DNA from: Chrysomallon squamiferum | Taxonomy: Eukaryota; Animalia; Mollusca | Direction of reading: 5' to 3' | Assembly: GCA_012295275.1 (NCBI GenBank) | Contig: CM022679.1 | Location: forward strand, 8,370,001 to 8,434,000 | DNA length: 64,000 bases | In this document: piece by piece, positions 54,656-64,000 of the stretch | How the letters are laid out: every line of letters starts with the position of its first letter | Position numbering within the stretch: the first letter of the stretch is position 1 | Program-made: the position numbers and the translations under genes | Notes under the pieces: generated by a model | Seen by the model: the letters and a program-made list of their open reading frames with translations, nothing else | Databases searched by the model: none | What the model was told of the DNA's origin: nothing

Positions 54656-54924
54656 GAGAAGTGGGCTTAATACACGTGTTTTCTTCATGATGCGCCACAA
54701 ACTCGACGCCACGAGAAATCAAAGATAGCAGGACACCATTCATTCAGCTTACAAGGTAATTAACGTTTTATTGTTTTCTTATTAATTAGAAATTCTTGCG
54801 TACGTTTTTGTTGCTGTTTTTTTTTCCAGATCAGACGAAACCAAAAAAAAAAAAAATAATAAAAAAAAACAAAAAAACATAGTTGTTACATCACTATCGT
54901 AATTAAACACAGATTTTGGTTTTA

Positions 54925-54957
<33 letters not shown>

Positions 54958-55078
54958 ATTATTATGATATGGTATTTGGTATCGCTATTGTTTTCGAAAT
55001 ACTTATTTAAAAGTAGCAGTGATTATTATTCTTCTTCTCTTTACATCCTTTTATAACATGACACTATTATTATTGTTA

Positions 55079-55128
<50 letters not shown>

Positions 55129-55695
55129 CAAAACACTTATTTACATACAGACAGTAGTGTATTCATGCTATCGTAACGTCACGATGTTATGCAAAATATT
55201 TTCATACTTTACTAAATTTCAGAGATAATGTATATATATACCAAACACATCTTTATTTAAAAGCACCTATAGGAATCAAAAGGGTGGCTTTGCTTGTTGG
55301 ATTTTAAAGTTATATTTAATATGCTAACATGTAAATATGTAAATACATTACAAGAATTAAAAAAATACTTTAAATATATATATTCATTTTGAAAGAAAAT
55401 AAATAACAAAATAAAAATAGAAAGAAGAGAAAGAGAAACTTACAAAAGCAGATAAAAAGAAAAAAACAAAGGTTTATTTATTTTTATTTATTTTGTTAGA
55501 AGAAAACACTAATGAGTAATAAAATATCTAATGACTGTACTTTTAAATTAATACTCAGACCTCTTATTATTAAAAAAAACAAAAACAAAAGAAACCCAAC
55601 AAATTAATCGATAACGATATAACTATATACACTTCAAGAAAGAAAAAAAAAAAAAAAAAAAAAAAGGAAGAAAACCGAAACCGCCTACAAGAAAT

Positions 55696-55732
<37 letters not shown>

Positions 55733-55857
55733 AAAAAAAAAAAAAAAAAAAAAAACCAATCGCGATTAATCGGAAATAACGTCTGTGAAATAGACGCAAG
55801 CATGAAATGATAAGATACTAGCGGGTAATTTACCATTTTAAATCATTAGTTTGCTCG

Positions 55858-55926
<69 letters not shown>

Positions 55927-56241
55927 CATGTATACATACAGCAGTATTATTATTTCACCGATTTTCTATTTCTATGCTTGTAACGTTCAGTATAAATAGT
56001 AACGAACTGAAATTCTTGACAATATATATATTTTTTTTTTTTTTTTTTTTTTTTTTCATTTTTATTCAGTCGGATAAATGTTTATGCATGCATGTCGTGG
56101 GCCATTTGTGTGCGTAATCGTTAAAATACCCGCCCACAACACGAGCAGTGAATTAGTGTGACAATGAGTATGTTTACTCAAGCGTGACCATCTTTCTCTC
56201 TCTCTCTCAGCAGATTTTTTAGTTACTGGTTAGTTCACTGC

Positions 56242-56290
<49 letters not shown>

Positions 56291-56500
56291 TAATCAAGAT
56301 GTATTTTATTCAAATTCGATTGTAGTCTAATGTTTAAAACGGTATCAATAATAATAATAAATGTACGAAAAATCAAACGGCAGAATTTTATATATTTTTT
56401 TAAATTATTATTACTTAATTTATTATAATAATAATTTTTTTAAAAGTTTACATCTCTGTAACTTGTTCGATGCCCTATTTCCGAAATGCCAGTAGTTAAA

Positions 56501-56533
<33 letters not shown>

Positions 56534-56765
56534 AGAAGAAATGAAAGTCTAGATTGTAAATGTTTGTGGGCGTTAGCTCCGATTTCCTACTCACTTCTCA
56601 CTGCATCGGATACTGTTACCACTTACTTCCAGCCACAGAATTTTTATAAAAACAAATAAAAAAAAAAAAAAAAAAAAGTAATTTATGTGGTTGCTGGTTA
56701 AATATCATTTTGCGGTTTTATCTTCTTTCGTTTTCCCACAAATAAGTTTATATAGGTTTCAAAAA

Positions 56766-56796
<31 letters not shown>

Positions 56797-57019
56797 GAGA
56801 CACATTCTGTTTTGGTTTATTTTTTTTTTTTTTTTTTTTCTGGTATTATTTATGATTTTTGCAAACATGTTGTGATTTTTTTTCATCATTTTAAAAACTG
56901 AATGTTCAAAAAATTAATTTTAAATGTTTAAAAATGTATAGTCCTTTCAGTCCACACAATATTCTTGAAAATTTTCGATTGTTTCATTATTTTTGGAACA
57001 GAATCCTTGTGAACTGTTT

Positions 57020-57490
57020 ACCTTATAGCGGGAGTATCCTAGTAAACTCTATTTTAAGTGGCAGTATCCTTGTAAACTCTTTATTCTTAGCAGCAGTATC
57101 TTTGTAAACTTCATTTTAGCGGCTCTTTCCTTGCAAACGACAGTATCCTTGTAAACCTTTATTTTTATCAACTGTATCCTTGTAAACCTTTATTTTTATT
57201 AACTGTAATCCTTGTAAACCTTTATTTTTATCAACTGTATCCTTATAAACGTTTTATTTTTAGCTGCAGTATCGTCAAACTATTTTAACCGCAGTATCCT
57301 TGTAAATACTTCATTTTTCAACGGCAATATCCTAATAAAGTGAATTTTTGTGGCTGATTTTGTAAACTCTTTATTGTTAGAAGCACTCTCGTTATAAACT
57401 CTCTTTTTAGTGGCAGTATCCTTGAAAATTCGTTAACGTTAGAGAAAGTGTACTTGTAGACTCTGTTTTTAGCTGTCGTATCCTTCAGAA
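57020..57490. repeat. ~31-bp minisatellite (GCAGTATCCTTGTAAAC(T/C)TTTATTTTTAGC-like), roughly 15 diverged copies
   Basis: Recurring GTATCCTTGTAAAC core at regular spacing. Confidence 0.9.
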
Positions 57491-57899
57491 ATTGTTTTCT
57501 GTAATTTTAAGAGTTCGTTCTTGAAACATTTTTTTTTTTTTTTTTTTTTAATTTTCGCGGCGAAATGCGTGTAAACGATCTCTGTGATTCAGTCGTTTGT
57601 TTCGCGTTTCCCATAAACCGCTCTGAGTTATGAGATATAAATACACACTCAAGCAATGGTCATTACAAAAATAACTTAAGTGCATTTCCTTTTATAACAG
57701 TAATATTCTTAAACTGGGCGGCAGTTTCATTTGAAGATTTTTTTTTTTTTTCAATATCAGGTTATTGTAGTAAAGAATTGACATATAAATGATATTATTA
57801 AAACTTTTGACGCTTAATTTTTTTTTTTTTTTTTTTTTTTGAAGAAGAAGAAATGAAATTATATTTTATGTTACTTTTACCAGTGTGTGTGTGTGTGTA

Positions 57900-57959
<60 letters not shown>

Positions 57960-58849
57960 TCATAGAAATACCCAAAGATTCAATGCTATTTGAAAAGATT
58001 ATAGATTTACGTCGTAAATATTTCAAAAGACACACACATACATACACACACAAACACAAACACACACCCTCAAATATAAATAAAAATAAATCGAAATTAT
58101 CAACATAGCTCTGCTTGTGTCGAGAACATTTCAAGGCTGGACTTCGTCGTTGATTTGTATTGAAGAAAACCCTGCACATCGTACTTTGTAAAGAAACGGG
58201 GTCTTTTATTACTCGCGTATGACGTAGGTCGCTTGACCTCTAACTCTGCACCGATGACACACAGACCAATCCGAGGAGCAATTAACAAGCGCCTCGTTAT
58301 GAAGAAAAACAGTCTATAATTAGGTTGGAGCAGCAGGCCTGTAGAACGACACGAGAAAACTCCATCAATTTTTCGCGGTAGTTCAATAAACCGATGAAAA
58401 GCGCGTGGTTTCTATAAAAAAAAAAAACTTTGCTTTGTTTTTACCGATGGTAATTCCCCCTTAATGAGCGTGTCTGAATTTAGTACCCTTTCCCGCGCCT
58501 CTACCTGGTGCCGTCACCCGTTTTTCATTCTTCCACAAAAGTCGTATTTTTTAACGTTCGCGATCGCCGGAAACATCGATGTGAAAAAAAAAAAAAAACA
58601 AGACCTGGGCGCGTTGATGTCCAAAAACGATGTAATTACCTGGGAAATATTGACGTCGTGAATCGACCCGGATTCGATCCTGCGTGCTCCCACCCGAGTG
58701 ACCTACTCGCTCTTCCGCTTGGTTTCACATTCGATTTAGACAATTCTTCCGTAATTAGTGTGTCAGTAGGTTTTTTTTTCCTCATCTCTCTTTTTGATTT
58801 TTTGATTTTTCTTTCTCGCTGTTTTATTATTTATGTACGCCTCTCTCTG

Positions 58850-58922
<73 letters not shown>

Positions 58923-59255
58923 CTATCTGTCTCTGCTTTTGTATATTTTTATAATTCGAGTACTCGTTATGTGTTCGCCCATTACTGAACAAGAAACAAA
59001 AATACTAGAATAGTATAATTAACTAATTATTTTCTTTCTTCAACCTGTTTTTATTACCTGCATTAATTAATTAGCTACAAACATAAATGTTGATTTCTTA
59101 CTACGAAAAGCTGCCATTTATTTTATTATTGTTTCAGAAGATCCGTATTAAAATAGTTATTATAATTAAAGAAAAAAATTACCATAAATTTTACCTTGCT
59201 TATTTATTTTATATAACATTCATTACTTTCAGCTTGTATATTTATTTTAAATACC

Positions 59256-59294
<39 letters not shown>

Positions 59295-60049
59295 AATACT
59301 GTCATTGTCATCATCATCATCATCATCTGATAATTTCAATATTTTATGGACCCGAATACTAACTTAAACTTATATCAAACAACATACATTTCATGTTGCA
59401 CACTACAAACAAGTGACTAAAAATGTAATGAAATGAACGAATAGAAAGTAGACGAATATAACTTCTATTTCCTGATTTCAGTTGTCGTCTTGTTTGACAT
59501 GGAAACATAATTTGAAAGTACTTTTTAATACGCCGACAAGTAAAGTCGAATTATTGACAAATTAAGCCAATAGATTAACCCGTTTACTTGATCCGCGATG
59601 TTTTGAATTATTCATAATCCTTTTATCGAGAGGGAAAAACATGTTCCCTTCATCCAAAGCACATTCACGTCCTGCCATTGATTTTTGATCACCAAGCCGT
59701 ATGAACCCGTAGTTCCTTTTTTTTTTTTTTCTATTTAATTGATGTCCAATTTGTTGTCGCAAGGAAGTTTTTTTTACTTTGACGACAACAGCTGAAGTGG
59801 TCGCGTTTGTACAACATTCTTTATATAAATATAAAAAAAAAAAAAAAAAAAAAATTCGTTACAAAAATTCATTAGAAAAAAAAAAAAAAAGAAAAAAAAA
59901 AAAAAGATGAGCCATGATATTTGATCTGCTGGTTCTAAAATCAAACACAAGTTTCTATAATTGGCTCTTCGGATGGTCTTTTTTTTTCTTTCTTTTTTAA
60001 TCTTTATTTCTTTCTTTCTTTCTCTTCTTCTTCATAAATTGTCGACAAT

Positions 60050-60106
60050 GTGGAACTCTTATGACGTTGAAAAGTGGATCAATCGGTTCCACTCGACGCG
60101 CCGTCG

Positions 60107-60140
<34 letters not shown>

Positions 60141-60420
60141 CCACTGCAGTACTCGTCATGGATTTCCTATATCTTTGCGCGCGCGCTTTGCGGTCGACTC
60201 CAGAGACGGGGATCGAACGTCAGACGCGAGAACTGCAGGAAACATGTTTAATTATCGAAAATAACATTTACTCCACCCTCCACTACCCTCCCCCCTCCAC
60301 CATCCCGCCCGCCCGCCTAGCCCGCGGTCGATGCATTGATGTCGAACATTGGGGGCAATTATCAAAGCAGAGAGAGAGAGAGAGTGAGAGAGAGAGAGTG
60401 AGAGACAGAGCCTATTGAAG
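60050..60420. promoter_or_regulatory. CpG-rich promoter-like patch with stacked GC boxes
   Basis: CCCTCCCCCTCCACCATCCCGCCCGCCCGCC (Sp/KLF-type) followed by a GA repeat, with dense CpG. Confidence 0.45.
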
Positions 60421-60827
60421 AAGGACGGGAACGTTCTCGGGGAAAGTTGTACAAAAGAAACTAATGACGTTCGGTTTTTATTACGTCTGTTGAAGAAGTC
60501 CCATAAAAAGACGAATTTTTTTTTTAACATAAAACCCGATACGAAACAAAACTTATTGCACATGTGATAATCACACCCAATTGGTTAGCACCAGCAGCAG
60601 CAGCAGCAAGAATAGTTAGTTAATGTGTTATGGGACTTTTTTAAGGAACGGTAGGTCGTAGGTTCAAGACGATTTTTAGAAACGTTATATCTTTAAAGAA
60701 ATTAAAAAATAAAAAAATAAAAAAAAAAATGTTTTTAACTAGTAGCTCAAACAGATGTTTCCATGTGTCACTTTCAGTAGATATACATTTTGAAAAATCT
60801 TCTTGTTGGTCTATTTTTCCTTTTATA

Positions 60828-60938
<111 letters not shown>

Positions 60939-61359
60939 ACAAAAATAATAAATTATATATTATTATATTTTTTTTAATCGAAGTTTATTAAGGGCAATCA
61001 ATCATCTGTTAGCTAAACAGACGCCACAAAGCAGAGACAAGTTCTATTTTGGTGTGAAATGTATTGATATATTTCTTAACAAGCAAACAACACTGTGGTG
61101 GATTTAGATGATTGTGTTGACACTAAATACTAAATTAGAGCTAACGACTTGTTTAAGTTCTCTTGTCTAACAGTGTGTTATTTTCAAGCAGTCGTAATTG
61201 CATCAGTTTAGTTACGTTTCTTTTTTTTTTTTTTTTTTTAAAACAGCCCAATTGTTTATGTATGTCACTAACATGGAGGCAAAGTCCTTCATTTTTATTA
61301 TATATTTTTTTATTTAGTTTTGTTTGTTTTTAAAAGAAGAAACTGATGATGATAATGTC

Positions 61360-61390
<31 letters not shown>

Positions 61391-63184
61391 TTTTTTATTT
61401 TTTTTTTTTTTTTTTACTGATATATCTAGAGGTGTTCCAAACCCTTCATTCGGACATTTCTGTGTCAATTCTGCATACGAGGAAGGTTGTTTTGTTTTAT
61501 TTATTTGAAAGAGTATAAATATTTCCAGACATTTGTACCTTACTCACACGCTTTGCGATTTATCAGCGTTAAAAAAAGACAAAAGTGATAGTCTTTCGCT
61601 TCCTTTTCCCAAAGAAGAGCTCTTCCGGAAATTGTAACAAATGAGGATGCTGAACGTATTTAAATCGGAGTTGTTTCCCATGTTTTCTAAATTTATTTTG
61701 ATTAATGAACTTTATATATTCGATTATGTGGCTTTGTATTTTTTAATTCTTCTTTGTTTTAGTAACAGTATGCTTCATGAGATAAAAAAAAAACATGAAA
61801 AAAAAAAAAAAAAAACATTTCACGCTTTTCAAAGATTAATTTGTTTTCTTTAGCAGACATCCAAAAGAAGTTTCAGCTATTTTCATAACAATAACCTCTT
61901 TAAAAGACATTTCACAGGCTTGAGCGATATCAAACAGTTCTGTTTTACTTCTAATGAAATCGTTGTTTGTGAATCACCAAGCAGAAAAGCTCATTTTGGT
62001 GATTCAACACGTTTTCCAACTGACGTGAAGGTAAATAATGTTAACTCGTGTCATTCACTGTTCACGTCTTCCAGTGACTTAATAAAGTAAAACACGGGCA
62101 AGACTGTCAAAACTAACCAGTGGTAAAATGAATATACAGAAAGAGCATTTGCTCTTTTCAAAAAAAAAAAAAAAAAAAAAAAATTCGTCAGACAATTCGT
62201 TGGATCTGGTATCTGTCATATTATTATTATATTCTTGTGACAGAAGAATTTGTATCAGAGCAAAACTTAAAAGAAAGAATAAAAAAACTCAGAGTGCTTT
62301 ACTAATACAAATAATAATAATAATAATAATATTTTATCTTGTACTGAATAGACAAAAGAAAGGTACATCGTTTTCATTGCATTAAAACTGGACTATTTAT
62401 TTCGGTAGGCACAAAACGTTAGATTCTGAGAGGCTTGGTTGTTATTTGACACAGTATATATAAATTATATACAAACTGTAAAACACAAAATTATGGATAT
62501 GCTCCGATGGGATACTACTCATCAATAAACATCTGAAACTTGGATGAGCAAAAAAAAAAAGGAGAGAAACCTGGACAAGACCATTAAGACAAAATATTTT
62601 ATAAGATAATAAATATCTGCATTGCATTCAGTTTGTTTATATGCTGAATCTTTCACACTTCATTATATTTCAAATAAAGGTTATCAAAATAAACGATTTT
62701 AAATATTCTTCAAGCAAACTAAAAGAAAGCAGAATCGCATAAGCGAAAAGGATAAGACATTATCAGTTCTGGAGAAATTAATTCTGCACTTGAAATGGAC
62801 TGATATTTCAAACTTATAACAAAGTAGTAGTAGTAGTAATAATGATAATAACAACACTAACAACACTTTTTACATATGTACATATAATACGTATATATTT
62901 CTCCAGAAGCTGTTTACTACAGTCGTTTATTAAAACATGTAATTAAACTAGACAGAATCATTATCGTCTGCTTCTCCTTTCTTAACCAGCAACAATGCAG
63001 CGCGTGAATATTTGATGTTGATCTTTGTTCCTTCTTGTCAGTTTTCGTGCAGATCGTATTATCGAACAAGGATCTCGTCGTTCTGAGAAATATTCTCAGA
63101 CACAAAATGTATTCAATACAACTGTCCTAATTTAATTAAATACCGCATGTGACATCACCTACTTTTAACATTATAATCACTGTA

Positions 63185-63206
63185 ACTATAACTACTGCTG
63201 CTACTT

Positions 63207-63237
<31 letters not shown>

Positions 63238-63410
63238 AACTACTAGTGTTATTACTACTAGAGCTACTATTACTACTACCACTACCACTGTTTCAACTAC
63301 TGTTAATATTATAAAGACAAAAATTACTACTACTACTACGGCTGCTGCTACTGCTACTACTACAACTAACTACTATTATTTCTACTACTATACTAATACT
63401 ACTGTATTAC
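63185..63410. repeat. Degenerate (ACT)n low-complexity tract
   Basis: Direct reading. Confidence 0.9.
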
Positions 63411-64000
63411 TACAACCATTAATACTTATATGACTTTAAATACTAACCATTACTGTTACTTCCACAATCACTTCATTACTTCTACTATTACCACATTTCA
63501 ACTACTGTTAATATTATGCAATAATTACATGTATTTCTAGATTCACTGCAATTTTGTACTACTAATTACCTACAACCATTACTATGGACAAATGCTAACC
63601 ATTCCAACATCTTGTAAAAGATACATGTATTTTAGAAAAAATCTTTAATAATATGGACAAATGCCTCCAACAAAAGATGTACATGAACAGGAAACCAGGG
63701 TAATTTAATCTAACATATAAACGGCATTTACCGTTGGAGAAGGTATCAAAAAAGCAATCATTGTACGTACATACTTTGTAAATGTCGTCATCGTGTAATT
63801 TTTACCCTTTACAGAACGTGACTTATTTGTTATTTAAAATTAACGGGCTGTTATTTATACTGAAAGTTGTATATTTTTAACATTTTAAATCTATTTTGTA
63901 CTCACTTTGTCAAAGAGAAAGCGCAAGAAATTCTTTGTACTGCACCTTGTGTGACATTCACCTTGAGTGTCTCAAGTACAGTTGTTAGATATCTTTCTTT

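Noticed and set aside
57020-57490. CRISPR-like array
   Set aside because: The sequences between cores are homologous to each other, so it is a minisatellite.
63149-63433. Thr-rich mucin-like exon
   Set aside because: Degenerate (ACT)n tract with no convincing splice sites; the repeat phase slips from Thr to Tyr/Leu.

Overview
AT-rich, microsatellite-dense animal genomic DNA with spliceosomal introns. The repeat style and SINE heads look like a mollusc or other lophotrochozoan, but that is inference. No prokaryotic features, CRISPR array, rRNA, intact tRNA or miRNA were recognised, and most ORFs in the supplied track are simple-repeat noise. Two protein-coding genes are supported. (1) On the + strand, the 3' part of a storkhead-box (STOX/knockout) winged-helix gene: exon 17558-18019 starts GSGYFIVTP, and the last exon 18304-19994 contains FSAQFPP. 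The last exon changes frame repeatedly, and every change can be repaired by restoring bases lost from homopolymer or short repeats, which looks like long-read consensus error. A candidate 18-nt frame-preserving microexon at 5804-5821 would insert 6 aa into the winged-helix wing. (2) On the - strand and convergent with it, a divergent SRSF3/7/RBP1-type RRM gene with about 5 exons (29047 to 24027); exon 3 is scrambled next to an (ATCT)n tract. CpG is visibly scarce from 1 to about 23 kb and common afterwards, which suggests a methylation-domain boundary. From about 31.7 kb to the end there is no recognisable CDS. That region has CpG-rich patches, orphan + strand exons, five of the window's six perfect CRE sites, a duplicated ~84-bp motif module, several MITEs and minisatellites. 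It reads as the regulatory or 5' region of a gene extending beyond the window. An AAGGGAGATAACTC-like motif recurs from about 20.8 kb onward.
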